Shown: positions 1-12,516 of the stretch, one piece after another
Layout: the number at the start of each line of letters is the position of its first letter
Position numbering within the stretch: the stretch's first letter is position 1
DNA from: Camelus dromedarius
Lineage: Eukaryota
Direction of reading: 5' to 3'
Assembly (NCBI RefSeq): GCF_036321535.1
Contig: NC_087437.1
Coordinates: forward strand, 119,662,001-119,726,000
DNA length: 64,000 bases
Translations under genes and position numbers: made by a program
Notes under the pieces: model-generated
Database searches by the model: none
What the model was told of the DNA's origin: nothing
What the model saw: only the letters and a program-made list of their open reading frames with translations

Positions 1-73
1 GATGGATGGATGGATGGAAGGAAGAAAGGAAGGAAGAGAGAGAGACAGAGAAGGAAAGGAAGAAAGAAAGGAA

Positions 74-153
<80 letters not shown>

Positions 154-245
154 GAAGGAAGAAAAGAGGAAGGAAGGAAGGAAGGAAGGAAGGAAGGAAG
201 GAAGGAGGAAGGAAGGAAGGAAAGAAAGAAAGAAAGAAAAGAAAG
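1..245 (+). repeat. Compound purine microsatellite (GGAT)n/(GAAA)n/(GGAA)n
   Basis: Directly visible tandem repeats; source of the K/E/R-rich ORFs at 2-552. Confidence 0.97.
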
Positions 246-250
246 ATATG

Positions 251-738
251 TACAGAAGGTTCGACTGACCGTTTTTCAGCGTTCCTATGGTGCAAAGGCA
301 ACATGCATTTGGTGGAATTTTGAATACTTGCGTTTTGAGTGTGGCTCTTCCCCTGGACTAACGATACGCAGCGCGATCCTCCCTCGTGCTGCGCGGCAGA
401 GGCAGCCCCCGCTCGCCGTCAGCCGCGCGATCACGAGGGCGAACCACCGACGCACTGAGAGCCGTGCCGGACTGAGCCCCCCATTCTGTTTCTCACTTTC
501 TGTTGGGAATTCAATCAATTGCACACGACTTTCAACGCTTTATTATAAATAGGCTTTGTGTTGGGTGATTTTGCCCAACCACAGGCTAATGAAAGTGTTC
601 TGAGCACGGTTAAGTTCAGGTTGACTGAGCTATGATGTTTGGTAGGTTGGGTGTATTAAATGCATGTTTGACTTAAGAGATTTTTAATTTACGATGGGTT
701 TATGGAGGCGTAACCCCACCATGAGTCAAGGAAGATCT
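251..738. mobile_element. Tigger5/MER47-like DNA transposon relic (TcMar-Tigger)
   Basis: Segments ATTATAAATAGGCTTTGTGTT..GATTTTGCCCAAC and TTTACGATGGGTTTAT..CGTAACCCC resemble the recalled MER47/Tigger5 consensus. Confidence 0.75.
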
Positions 739-909
739 ATATATTTATATATGTATATGTATACACACACGCACATTGATTACACACGTCTATCATATGA
801 GGTGCATTACATAATCTATAATACTATACATCACTATAATGTCATGTGTACACATATGGTTGCTTTTAGACAGATACAGGTAATGCCCTAAGAAGTCACT
901 GTGGAGGGA

Positions 910-1224
910 TGCGGTGGGCTGCGTATTTGTGCCCCCCCCCAATTCACATGGTGAAATCCTGTTGGTTCATGTGACACGTGAGGAGGTGGGGGCTTTTGGA
1001 AGGTGGTTAGGTCATGAGGGTGGAGCCCTCGTGACTGGGATTAGTGACTTGATGAGAAAGACGCCGAGACCCCCTCACCCAGCTGCACTGCACGCTGACC
1101 CCGGGCACCCTGAGACTCCTGGGCACCCTGAGACTCCCAGTCCCCGGAACTGTGAGACGTAAATCCCTGTTGCTCCTAAGCCAGCCAGGGCACATCATTA
1201 GAGCAGCCTGAAGGGACTGAGACA
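910..1224 (+). mobile_element. MLT1-type (ERVL-MaLR) solo LTR
   Basis: GGTGGTTAGGTCATGAGGGTGGAGCCCTC.TGA.TGGGATTAGTG; ends GCAGCCTGAA.GGACTGAGACA. Confidence 0.75.
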
Positions 1225-1534
1225 AGGGGTGAGGGCTTGGAGGACAGGAGAGTAGACACTGGATGTGCTGTGGGGTGGGTTGTTCCACCGTCTTTCCATT
1301 TCCTGTGTACGTGATAATGCCCATAAAATTAAAAGTCGCCAGAAATTGAAGCGTTCTCCACCTGCAATTCCTCGTCCCCTTCACCGTCACGGCTCTGGTG
1401 ACACGGGCGGGAGCTGCTGCACAAGGAGGGAGGCAGGTGGCGCCCGGTCCAGCCCTGGGATGAGGGGAGATGTGTGGGGCAAGTCTAACCATGTGGGTGT
1501 TAAAGCGCACGTGCCCTTCTCTCCGCCGCTCCAG

Positions 1535-1634
1535 GCCACGGCAGCGAGGAAGAGCATTTTGGTGGTGCGCCACGGCGAGAGACTGGACCAAATCTTCGGG
1601 AAGTCGTGGCTGCAGCAGTGTTCCACTCTGGACG
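1535..1634 (+). CDS. UBASH3A: UBASH3A coding exon (ATAARKSILVVRHGERLDQIFGKSWLQQCSTLD/G), 100 nt, contains catalytic RHGE
   Basis: Acceptor ctccgccgctccag|GCC, donor GACG|gtaggt; RHGE signature. Confidence 0.96.
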
Positions 1635-4209
1635 GTAGGTGGAGTTCTGGCAGAACCCAGACACAGAAATTAGACAGACTTAACAGATGAGATCGCGTCT
1701 CAGTGTTCCTAGCCAGAGCCCCCGGGGCACCGTTCTTCAGAGTGACCGCGCATGGACCGTCTGAGCGCCCCGCCTTGCCCCTGGCACCACACATACGCAT
1801 TCGAGTGTGGATGCAGTCTGTAAGTATCTTAATGCTTTGCAGGAGATGAGGAATGGTTTCAAGATTAAGCAGGTCTGCTGGTGTGACGCACGGGCAGCCT
1901 TGTGTGTCCGGGCGGCTGGCAGGTGGGTGCGGCGCTGACCTGAGAGCGGGTCACTCTGACCTACAGCCTCGGAACCCTCAGCTGCGGCACGCACCCCATC
2001 CTGCAATCTCACAGCTGCAGCTCTCTGAGCCCACCTTCCCTGCGGGGGTCACTTCCCTACCATGTGTGGCCATGTTGCTCAACAGAAGGGCATTTTTTTT
2101 TAACGTGTCTGGTGTTTATACCAACTTCACCCCCCAGGATGCCAAGAGCTAAGAACAGGGCTTGTAAAAACAAAATACCCACAAGCAGTCTCTGTACTGA
2201 CCCGCGATTGTATCAACGCACATCCCCTGGTGGAAAGTCCGCAGCGCCACGATTTCTAAGCCACGGATAGTTACGTAAATGAAAGTATCCGATGAACGCA
2301 GGGATGAAGTCTATTCACACTGGCTGGACCTGCTGAGCCCTTTAGGGGGGCCCTCCAGGAGCCCAGCAGGCCAAGAAGGGGGATGAATCAGGGGAGGCAT
2401 CGGCAGATAGACGACCAGCACGCACAAGAAGTTCTGAGCGGTTTAGATCACGGCCACACCTCCGAGAACCCACAGACCTGAGCCTAAGGTTGTCTGCACA
2501 AAGCAGGATCAGGTAGAGGCACAAAGGCTCGAGGAAGACGCAGGTGGATCAGAGGATGCACTGACTTGTAAGGAACTTTCCTGCAGTAAAACCGGTATGG
2601 AAACTGCAGGCTGAAACGGCACAGCCGTCAGTGGTGGTGGCCTGGGAGCCAAACCAACCAACCGACATCAAGGACAGTGACTGGGCTTCATGAAAACAGG
2701 AAAGTGTTCGGTCCTCTATACCAGAGATCGAGGCACATCTAAGGGGAAATATTAAAAGGCACTGGAAATTCCCCAGGTAAAGGGAGCCGCTGGCAGTGTC
2801 TCACCAGGCGGGAAAACCCCGATAAAGTGGATGCTGATGTCTAGTTGGTCTGGAGTCTCCAAGTGGCATCGTTCGATGAATTACCACGGGGTGTTTGGGG
2901 GCACTGCTGACCCCTCCTCGGATTCCAGAGTCCCTCCTCGCTTCTGCTCACGTCTGGCCCAAGCGCCCACACCCTCTTATGGCCTCTCACTCCCCCGCAG
3001 GGCTCGCCCCACGCAGCCCTGTTCACTCGGACCCTACTCCCTGCAGGATCTGACCTTCCCCCAGGTGCCCTCTGCTTCTGAGCTCTGCTCTCTGCCTCAC
3101 ACAGAAACCACAGATAAAGAGTCGATGAGGGCAAACATTTGGGAATCACAGACGCCTTTGAGAATATGATACAAGTGGTGGAACTTCTCCTTAAATGAAG
3201 AACAGATTCCACCTTTCCTTGTGGACACAGCTAACGCTTTGGCATTTCATTTAAGCTTACGGTTCAAAGTCTCTGCCAATGGAAATTCCAGGGAGTCAGC
3301 TTCCAGAAAAATCTTGCGTGGAACCTAATAACCAAGACCTGCAGAGTGGCCTCTGATGGGAGGACCGGCCGCTGGGGGGCCACGAGGAGCGCTGGTGCAG
3401 CGTAGTGTCCTCCGCAGGGACAACCGATGGTCTGAGGGTGAGAGCAGACCTACCTCTCATTGACCGCTTACTCTGAGCTGGGCTCAGGGCTCTGGGCGTT
3501 AACCCACTAATTCGTTCAGACACATCTATCATTTCCCCCTTTGTACTGATAAGAGAGATTAAGTCAGTCGCCTCTAGTCACACAAGTGGTAACGGATGAT
3601 ACCAGGATTTGCACCAGACCATCGGATCTCAGAGCTCAAGGTCAAACTCAAAGTGACCCAAGATGCTCTGAGCCTATGAATGGGTGAACTGGGGGAGCCC
3701 CAGGGAAGCCCCGTGATTCTCAGTCCTACTTCCAGCAACTGGCTGAATGAGGCACAGAGCAGGACCCTCTCTGGCTGTCTGGGTTCCATCCCGTAGGCAG
3801 TGTGACCCCTTAAAGCTACAGGGATGGGTCGAATGTCACCTAATTAATTAATGCCAATTTGAGATTCTTATCAAGTTAAGCTCTGTCAGTCATGGACACA
3901 CTTGGTTCTTAATCAGGATCTCCGGGAGGGGTCATGAGAGGACAGGGGTTTTGTGGTTCCTGTGGCCAAAATACGTTATCTCTGTTTGAGGAAATGTGTG
4001 CGCAGCAGGTCAGATTTTCTCCTGAAACCGAATCCACGTCGCAGAACTTGTTAGAGGGAAAAACAGAAATCAAACAAACAAAAAGTAACGTTGACAACGA
4101 TGTAAATCATTGCCCTGTTTCTAGTGGGGGGCGTGCTCCTGAGAGCTTGGTGGGGCACATGGGCGCTGACTCGGCAGCGCTGAACGATTGGTGCTTGTTT
4201 ACGCCTTAG

Positions 4210-4332
4210 GGAGATACTACCGGCCAGACCTCAACTTCCCTCGCAGTCTGCCCAGGCGGAGCTGTGGGATCAAAGACTTTGAAAACGACCCACCATTGTC
4301 GTCTTGTGGAATCTTCCAGTCCAGAATGGCAG
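4210..4332 (+). CDS. UBASH3A: UBASH3A coding exon (G/RYYRPDLNFPRSLPRRSCGIKDFENDPPLSSCGIFQSRMA/G), 123 nt
   Basis: ccttag|GG acceptor, GCAG|gtatgg donor, phase 1-1, homologous peptide. Confidence 0.96.
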
Positions 4333-5269
4333 GTATGGTTGGGGCTTCTTCTAGTAGCCTTATCACAGCGACGATGGTCACTAACGAGCACTGAGCCCTC
4401 GAGACATGTCCTTTGAGTCAGTACGAGCCTTACCCTCACTCTGCTGATGTGGAAGGTGGGGCACAGAGAGGTTAAGTGAGTTGCCCAAATCACACAGCTA
4501 GTAAGCGGAAGCTCAGATCTGACCCAGAAGTGGATGGCTGGGGAAGTGGGGAGAGATGAAAGGATGGAACGAACAAGAGAGGGAAGGAAGAAAACCAACA
4601 ACCACTGTGCATTAAGGATGTCGTTTAAAATATTAAAAAAAAAAAAAAAAAAACCCAGCCTCCCTTTGATTTTACTCCAGAATCTGTCACTTGGGGCTTT
4701 TGTTTTGTCTGGGGTTCTGGTTCCACGTGACTGACCTTCTGGAAAAGAGGAGGTCACTGTGTTCATCTGGTCTTCATTTTATGAATTAAGAAACTCAAAT
4801 CTAGAATCAGGAAGGCACTGGGCTTCCCGAGTCACACACTGGTTAACTGAAGGGACACCCTGGGCCGGCACCGCCGGCTCCTCACCCGGGGCTATGGTTG
4901 GCGCTCAGCTGGCAGCTGCCGGGGCAGGGCGGGGGTGCCCTGAGTTTCAGCACCTGCTGATGTCAGCGGTGTGAACGCAGTGCCCACCCCATGGCTGGTT
5001 TCAAGCTACCGATGTGCGGTCCCTGAGCTTGGAGTTGGGAGAGTAACACAGCTAGGACCTCCACGGGTGGATGTGACCCCCCCCCCCCGGGCCCGCCTGG
5101 GCTCCCTCCTGCACCGCACACCGTGGTCCGTGTGCGTGTGTGTGTGTGTGTGTGAGCACACCCTTCTGTAACAAACCTCTGTGTCTCGTGCCTGAATCCT
5201 CACCCGGATGTTTGTGCAGTCCCCGTGGGGGCACATGTGAATGGGTGTACGTGTGGGCAGCTGCTGGCC

Positions 5270-5670
5270 TCTGCATTTGTTTCCTGTGCCTGCCACAACA
5301 AAGAACCACAGATGGAGTGGCTTAAGTCACAGAAACGTGTTGTCTCGCGATTCTGGAGTCTGGAAGGCCGAGATCAAGGTATCGGCAGGGACGCTCCTTC
5401 TGAGGCTGTGAGAGGAGGCTGTTCCAGGCCTCTCTCCTTGGCTTATAGAAGACCACCCTCTCCCTGTGTCCTCTGTGCATGTCGGTCTCTGTGTCCCAAC
5501 GTCCCCTGTTTATAAGGACACCAGTCAGATTAGATTGGAGCCACCCTAATGGCCTCGTCTTAACTTGCTCACCTCTTTAAAGACCCTACGTCCAAAGAAG
5601 GTGCACTGTGAGGCACTAGGGGTTAGGGCCCCTACATATGAATTCAGGGAGACACGCCAGCCCGCGACGG
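5270..5670 (-). mobile_element. MLT1-type solo LTR
   Basis: TTCTGGAGTCTGGAAG.CCGAGATCAAGGT and TATAAGGACACCAGTCAGATTAGATT motifs. Confidence 0.75.
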
Positions 5671-5789
5671 CACCAGGGCGGCCTTGCTGGCGTCGATGCT
5701 GCACAGATTCTGTGCTGATGGGTGCCCCTTCTTTCTCAAAGATCAGGAAACGTGGTTTACGGGCTCGTCCTTCCATGAGCCTCGGGGGT

Positions 5790-6487
5790 CTGGAGTTTCC
5801 ATCGCTGCCGAGCAGGTCACCGTGAACTTGAAACAGCACCCACCCACAGCTCTTGGTTCTGTGGGTCAGAAACACAAACACAGTGTGGCGGGGGTCTCTG
5901 CTCAGGGTCTCAACCCAGAAATCAAGGTGCCGGCTGGGCTGAGATCCCACCTGGAGCCTCCTGGAAGCAGCTCCTCACTCATCAGGCTGGAGGGAGGATT
6001 CAGATCCTTGCAGATGAAGGACTGAAGTCCTCACTGCCTTGCCGGGTGTGGGTTCCTGGAGCCCACCTGCATTCCTTGCCATGTGCCTCCTTCTTTGAAG
6101 CCAGCAGTAGAGAGTTTCTTGCACGTCGAATCCCTCTTCCTTTGAATCCCTGTGACTTCTCTCTGTGACCAGCCGGAGAAGCCTCTGCTTCAGATGGGCC
6201 CACCTGGATGGGTCAGGCCCCCCTGGATGGGTCAGGTCCCCCTGGATGGGTCAGGCCCCCCTGGATGGGTCAGGTCCCCCTGGATGGGTCAGGCCCCCCT
6301 GGATGGGTCAGGCCCACCCGGATGGGTCAGGCCCACCTGCGATAATCCCCTTTCCCCTGTGTAGCATAACCCGGTCATGGCAGTGCCGGCTCACTGTCGT
6401 CAGTCCCACCGACGCTCAAGGGGATTATCCAGGATGTGTGCACCGGGGGCGGGCATCTTGGAGCCACCTGAGACCCTGCCCATCACA
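5790..6487 (-). mobile_element. MLT1D/E-type solo LTR containing an internal minisatellite
   Basis: GAAATCAAGGTGCCGGCTGGGCTG, AGGACTGAAGTCCTC, GGCCCACC..GATAATCCCC motifs. Confidence 0.65.
6204..6336 (+). repeat. 19-bp minisatellite x7 (CTGGATGGGTCAGGYCCMC)
   Basis: Unit starts at 6204, 6223, 6242, 6261, 6280, 6299, 6318. Confidence 0.97.
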
Positions 6488-6570
6488 GGGGATAAGCCAC
6501 TCATCGGAGTTGCCACCATGGTGGGGTGGGAGTCAGTTATGAGGCCATTTTTCCATGGGCTCTTTTCCAG

Positions 6571-6663
6571 GGGAAGCGCTCCTGGACAGCGGCATCAGCG
6601 TCACCTGTGTCTTCACCTCCCCCGCCCTCCGCTGTGTGCAGACGGCCAAGCACATCCTGGAAG
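6571..6663 (+). CDS. UBASH3A: UBASH3A coding exon (G/EALLDSGISVTCVFTSPALRCVQTAKHILE/E), 93 nt
   Basis: tcttttccag|GG acceptor, GAAG|gtcagt donor; SPxLRCVQTA phosphatase motif. Confidence 0.96.
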
Positions 6664-9600
6664 GTCAGTGTCTCAGCGTCTCGTGTGGCCTTGACCTTAT
6701 GGCTCTTCTCCCAGGAGACGGGGAGTGAGTGGAGGGCAGACTTGGGTGAGTGGCCTGCATGGTCACATAAGGTCACCAGATGGCCATGCACCAGCACTCG
6801 TGACCTGCTAGCAGGCACTGAGCCCATTAGCACTTCTGGAGGGTCAGGATTGGAATCGAGTGCCGGGGGCCAGGCCATCCCAATTTTGCCTTTGGCCTGC
6901 TTCTGCCATGTGTTTAAAATAAAAAATCTAGGGAGGGGTATTCAGAAACCCAGAGAGCTGGGAACTGCAGTGACCCCTTCTTAAGCCTGAATTACGTGAC
7001 CCCCCAGGGCCAGGGAATCGGCTTCCGGGAGCTGTCCAGCGCCGTCAGAGGCTGCTGGGCGGCGGGAAGCCAGTGGTGCACCCTTCTGCGCTCTCCGCCG
7101 GCAGGAAGAAGCCGGTTCCTGCCAGAGAAGAGCAGCTTGGTCCGAAGGACTTGGATCTGCCCCGCTGTCTGTGCCCGTCCCCACCCTTCCGTGTGTGGGG
7201 AAGAGGGCACGTGGGCTAGCTCCCCCTCCACAGCGAGGGGACGGAGGGCAGAGTGCGTGGATGCAGGAGCAGCAGGTGGGCGTGTGTGGAGGAGGGGGCT
7301 GGCCTCCGCTCTCTTGGGGACACAGGAAGTCAGCTCACCAGCTGAGCGTGAGGAAGGGGAGGGACGGCTGGAGGTCTGCAGGCATGACGTACTCATCAGG
7401 GAGCCAGGCCAGGACACGGATGGGGCGTACAAGGCGACTGCTTGAGGTCAGTGAGCTTACACGGAGGTCAGCGACTTTACACTGAGGCCCGTCAGCTGGG
7501 CTGGGGCTGTCCCCCAGGCACGGACGGGGCAAATCAGGAAGAGCCGGCTCTAACCCTGGACGGGTCTGAGAAGGAAGCGTGATGAGGCCAGAAGGGGCGA
7601 GAGGGAGTGAGGGTGTGCACAGGAGGGCGACGGTGACTGACCGGAGATCCTGAGCTGAGCCAGGAGGGAGGTAGAGGTGGGGGGAGGAGGGCGAGTCCGT
7701 GGAGTTGGAGGATGAAGGAGACGCAGCGGCAAAGAGGGGAGGGCCGGCTGGAGACAGAGGGGGGCTGACACTGAGCGTAGAGAGGGGGGCAGCTGCTGGT
7801 AATGACAAGGTCAGGTTCAGGGAGGAAGCCACGTCGCTGGAGGAGGGGGACCAGGAGCCAGGAGGCTTCTGCTGGACAGCCCGTCTTGCAGATAATGCTG
7901 TCGCCGAGCACTGTCCCTGGAGCAGTGTCAGAGAGAGGGCCGCCAGCAGGGCTGAAACCCTCACGGGAGGAGCTGTTGAAAGGACAGTGAACCCACAGCC
8001 TGTGCACCGGCCCAGCCCCGGTGTGTCCTCTCTAATGAAGCGCCTTCCCGAGTCTGCATGCGGTCGGGAATCCCTCCCAGGGATGGGCCTGATCCGTGCA
8101 CCGGACCCCTGCAGGCTGGTGGCCAGTCCGTTCCTTTCCTGCCTTCTGAGAGATGTGCTGTTTCCTGGCCACTTGCTGATTTGTGAGGGGAGAAGTCCAT
8201 CTCATCCCAGTCCCCTTCCACGTGTCTCTGCATATCGTCCTGAGGCCGTCCCCCGTTTGTCGTTTCTCACCTGCACGCCCCTGGCAGTGTTCTGGGTCCC
8301 TGAGCCTGAGAAACGCCCATCACCCTCCTATGTTGAGGTTCACATGGTAATTGCATTGCTTCCCTGCAACTCAGGGCTGTCGACGCGGGATGGAGCCGAG
8401 TGCAGGTGAAGCATGAGGCCAACGGCTAAACAGACCAGGGAGGGCCCGGACCCCCAGTGTGCGGCTTCAGGATGGCGCGGGGTTGAGGGGGGGCCCTGAG
8501 GCAAAAACGGCGTCTCTGGACACAACTCACTCCCTCCCTGACCACACACACACACACACACACACACACGCATATACACTCACACTCCCCTTGGGGTTTC
8601 ATTCAGCCGCAGGGTGGTAGAGTCTAGTGTTGGGGGACAGAGATTGAAAGGAGGTTGTACCATCGCTGCTTTTGCAGAGCAGTGACCCCCGCCCAGGAAA
8701 CACAGGCCCCCTGGTGTCAGACTCCCTATTTCTGTGTCCAGATCGATCAGTGGCCCCACTCCGTTCAGGAAGGACTAAGAAAGGAGGCGTGGTTCCTCCA
8801 GCCCTGCCCCTGATCGCAGGTGATGGGGAGAGCAGAAGTGGTGACCTGAAGGCTGGGGCTTCCCCTAGTAGCTGGGCCAGCCCTCTCGGCTGTGTTTGCT
8901 CTAAAAGTGTTTCCATTTGATAGCTCTATTAGTAAACATGATGGAACAAAGCAAACTGGAGATGAAGTAAATTTATCCCTAGATAGCTTAGGATCAATAT
9001 ATTTGTAATTAATTCAACCACTGTCCTAACCAGAGGTGGAAAGGAGAAAGCAAGAAACACACACGGATACATGATAAACAGGCGCGTCCTCGAATCTCCC
9101 CTGCCCTCTCCCGCCTTTATACCCACCGTTTAATGAGCTCATTTAGTTCTAACCCACCCAGGAAGCTGCTACTTTTCCACTAACCTAAAAAAACACTTCA
9201 ATTTCCACCTGTGGCTAGTGAGATGGCCTGTGTCCTGCCAGGCCAGCAGGTGGATGTCTCTGAGGATGACTTCCTCCCACGTCGTCAGGAAGTGATGCTC
9301 TCAGTCTCCCTTCGCCCACCCAACCTCCCAACCACGGCCACAAGATATTATTAAAAGAGAGAGAGAGAGAGAAGGAATATTCTTTTGGCCTTAGAAGAAT
9401 ATAACTGAGAGCTTCAAAAACATTTTTCATAACTTCACCCTTTTTTTGTCATTATTCCTGGTCCCTCGTTAGGAACATATCTGTTCCACTGTCTCTGACT
9501 TCTATTATCTGGGTCTCTTGCATAGAAAATAAAAAGCTCCCCACGATGTGTTCTGACAGTGATCATGTCGATGTCTTTGACGTGACCCCTCGCTGACTTT

Positions 9601-9944
9601 TACTCTGCATGCGATGATGAGGGTGATGAAGCTGGTTTAACGAGCGTAAATTCAGAAGCTATGTGTCAATCTAGAGAAGCAAGGACACCCAGCCTTCTTC
9701 ACGCGCCCTCCAGCCTGACCATCCTGCTTCTCTAGAATGTTAACCTTCATCTCAGCACCGCGTCAGGCAATGTCCGGGTGGACCGCTCCCCAAAGGGTGG
9801 CGCAGAGGACAGGAGGAGGGGCTGACGTCATCTGGGAAATTCTCCAAACTCTTTCCTCAAGCCATCTGTGCCCAGTGGACACGAACCCCTCATGGGCTGC
9901 AGGAGAGGCCAGGAGCCCTGTCAACCTGGCTTAACTCTCTTTAA

Positions 9945-10070
9945 AAAAAATTGCTTTAATTGAAGCATAGTAGATTTACAACATTGTGTTCGTTTCTCGT
10001 GTAGAGCATCGTGTTTCAGTTGCACGTGTATATGTAAATTCTTTCTCCGATTCCTTTTCATGATAGGTTA
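9945..10070 (-). mobile_element. L1 3'-end fragment
   Basis: TTTAATTGAAGCATAGTAGATTTACAACATTGTGTT... is the reverse complement of the L1 3' terminus seen elsewhere in the window. Confidence 0.7.
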
Positions 10071-10709
10071 TTAACTGTCCTTTCTAAACATGCTTGACAA
10101 AGGAACACATTTCCTGGACCTGAAATGCATTTTGGGGATTGATTTTACTGCGAGCATTTGCATTTAATGTCTTTTTCTCCATTTCAGTCAAAACCATTAA
10201 GGTCTCTTTTCCACCACTCAAAAGAGGCGGCTTTAGTTTATGGGTCCCTTAGTGAAGGTATACAATGCCAGGGAAGGGCGAGTCGTGAGGGCTAGAATGC
10301 TCCAGAAGGTGAGTCCTTTCCCCCTTCAGCTCTGGCTCAGGCCGGTGCAAGCGTCCACCAGGACGGCGCTTCCCTGGGACTAACAATCCCCACGATTCGC
10401 TGTTTTCCCACGGGTCTTGGTTTGGCCAAGTCCCCCTTGACGCAAGGACGAGCAGTGGGGCACTTCCCAGATCCCAGGAGACTCTGTCCCTTCCTGATGG
10501 ACAGTGGGGTTCTCACCCATCTGATAGCCTCCAGCTGCCCATGGTTTTTGTCTGAGAAATGTCCTGGCTGTGCGTAATCACAGGACAACATTCAACAACA
10601 AAAACTGCATTTTTTCCAAAGGTTTGGTTTAGACCTAGGAAGAGACTCATTGACATAAGGCCAAAATGGACACTGAGGCTGATAAATGTCTGTATTCTGT
10701 TGAGTCCAG

Positions 10710-10854
10710 AGCTCAAACTGGAGAAAAAAATAAAGATCAGAGTGGAACCCGGGATCTTTGAATGGACCAAATGGGAGGCTGGCAAAAACACCTTGACCCT
10801 CATGACCTTGGAAGAGCTGAAAGAGGCGAATTTCAACGTCAGCATGGACTACAG
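10710..10854 (+). CDS. UBASH3A: UBASH3A coding exon (E/LKLEKKIKIRVEPGIFEWTKWEAGKNTLTLMTLEELKEANFNVSMDY/R), 145 nt
   Basis: gtccag|AG acceptor, ACAG|gtgagg donor; EPGIFEW motif. Confidence 0.95.
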
Positions 10855-11110
10855 GTGAGGGGTCCCACGCGGGCTGCGGGTGGGGGTCCCACGTGGGCTG
10901 CGGGTGAGGGGTCCCACGTGGGCTGCGGGTGGGGGTCCCACGTGGGCTGCGGGTGAGGGGTCCCACGTGGGCTGCGGGTGAGGGGTCCCACGTGGGCTGC
11001 GGGTGAAGGTTCCCACGTGGGCTGCGGGTGAGGGGTCCCACGTGGGCTGCGGGTGGGGGTCCCACGTGGGCTGCGGGTGGGGGTCCCACGTGGGCTGCGG
11101 GTGAGGGGTC
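10855..11110 (+). repeat. 24/25-bp G-rich minisatellite, 10 full units plus a partial (GTG[A]GGGGTCCCACGTGGGCTGCGG), starting at intron position +1
   Basis: Unit starts at 10855, 10880, 10904, 10929, 10953, 10978, 11003, 11028, 11053, 11077, 11101. Confidence 0.97.
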
Positions 11111-11139
11111 TCATGGCGACTGCTGCTGGGGTTTTCTCA

Positions 11140-11560
11140 TTCTTATTGAAAACTTATTCATGACGCTTGTTAAAGACAGTGGGGAAGGCTTTATTCAAGA
11201 GGGACCACTGCAATGGGGGTTTGCAGCAGGAAAGAGAGATTGGATTCACATACAAGGCCAAGTGGGGATTTTTTTGCCTGGGAGCAGGGTGGGGGAAGGG
11301 AAATCCTAGGAGAATACAGTGATTCTTGCTAAACGCACATAGAACATCCTTGCCACAGGCGGGCCAGGGGTCAGACATTCCCCGGGGTGTGGGGGGAGCT
11401 GAATTTGATCAGATATTCTGTGTGATCAGATACCAGGGGTGGCGGATTCTGGCTAAACTGAGTTAGCAGGATTCTTGCTAAAACTGCATCCCCAAGGTTG
11501 GACACGAAGCCCACAGGTCGGGCCTGTTGAGAAGAGGGTCAGGGAGCCGGGCTGGAGTTT
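11140..11560 (-). mobile_element. ERV1-type solo LTR (MER31/MER67-like)
   Basis: GCTTTATTCAAG, GAATTTGATCAGATAT and repeated GATTCTTGCTAAA motifs. Confidence 0.55.
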
Positions 11561-11796
11561 GTCTGCCAGAGGACCTGGGTCATTCTCTGCCCATGGCTGA
11601 CTCTGCCATCACTAGCCTGTCTGGTGCTCTTGGAGAAGGGACACTGGAGCCCCAACAGCAGCCTTTTGCCAGTTTTGAGCTCAAAACCGAGTCTCGCTGC
11701 TGCCGGTGAGCCCTGCCTGGAGGCAGAGCCGTCTCGCTGCTTCTGCCCCAAGTGCCAGCAGGCCCGGCCAGCAGCCTCGCCCCCGCTCTGCCCTAG

Positions 11797-11903
11797 GCCG
11801 GCCTTCCCCCTCGCCTCCCTCCTGCCGGCCGAGAGCTACCAGGACTTCGTGCACAGGTGTGCGGTGAGCATGGGCCAGATCGTCAGCGCCTGCCCGCAGG
11901 ATG
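11797..11903 (+). CDS. UBASH3A: UBASH3A coding exon (R/PAFPLASLLPAESYQDFVHRCAVSMGQIVSACPQD/A), 107 nt
   Basis: ccctag|G acceptor, GATG|gtgagt donor, phases fit neighbours; PAESY motif. Confidence 0.94.
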
Positions 11904-12021
11904 GTGAGTGCCCCGCCGTCCCCGGGCCCCAGCAACCCCTGGGGGTTGGGATCTCACTGATGCAAACTGGGGTGTATCCCGTGAAACGGCGCTGTGTTTG
12001 GGATACGCTTTAAAATACTTC

Positions 12022-12516
12022 GCTAAATGTCCATCGACAGATGACAGTAAAGATGCGGTGTATGCGCACTACACATGATGGTCTATTTCTCAGCCGTACA
12101 AAGAATGAGGCTTTGCCATTTGCAGCAGCATGGGTAGACTTGGAGGGCACTGTGCTAAGTGAGGTAAGTCAGGCAGAGAAAGACAGATGCTGTGTGGCAT
12201 CACTTACATGTGGGATCTAAAACATACAGCAAACTAGTGACTATAGCACAGAAGCAGGCTCACAGACAGAGAGGACAAACCCGCGGTTACCATGGGGAGA
12301 GGGAGGAGCGAGGGGCCGCATGGGGGGCAGTAAGAGGTTCAGACTAGCAGGTATAAAACCAGCTCCAAGTATATACCGTGCAGCAGGGAGTCTGGCCACC
12401 GGTTTATAATAACCCCCAGCGGAGGAGAACTACAAATTGCGAGTCACTACGTTGTACACCTGTAACTTACACAGCATTACGCATCAACTGTACTTCAATA
12501 AAAATGTCTAAAAAAA
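12022..12516 (+). mobile_element. 5'-truncated L1 3' end with 10-bp TSD AAAATACTTC
   Basis: TSD at 12012-12021 and 12517-12526, TT/AAAA target, AATAAA plus A-tail, ORF2 C-terminal remnant (PFAAAWVDLE). Confidence 0.88.

Noticed and set aside
2..552. K/E/R-rich ORFs in all three + frames
   Set aside because: Translation of a purine microsatellite running into a Tigger relic; not a gene
7335..8409. Long overlapping ORFs (209 aa minus with a signal-peptide-like start; 236 aa plus)
   Set aside because: GC-rich, purine-skewed intron where stops are rare; non-ATG starts, no recognisable domain or exon structure
10592..11114. Repetitive Pro-rich ORFs and a CRISPR-like palindromic repeat array
   Set aside because: Head-to-tail minisatellite without unique spacers in eukaryotic DNA; the ORFs are repeat artefacts
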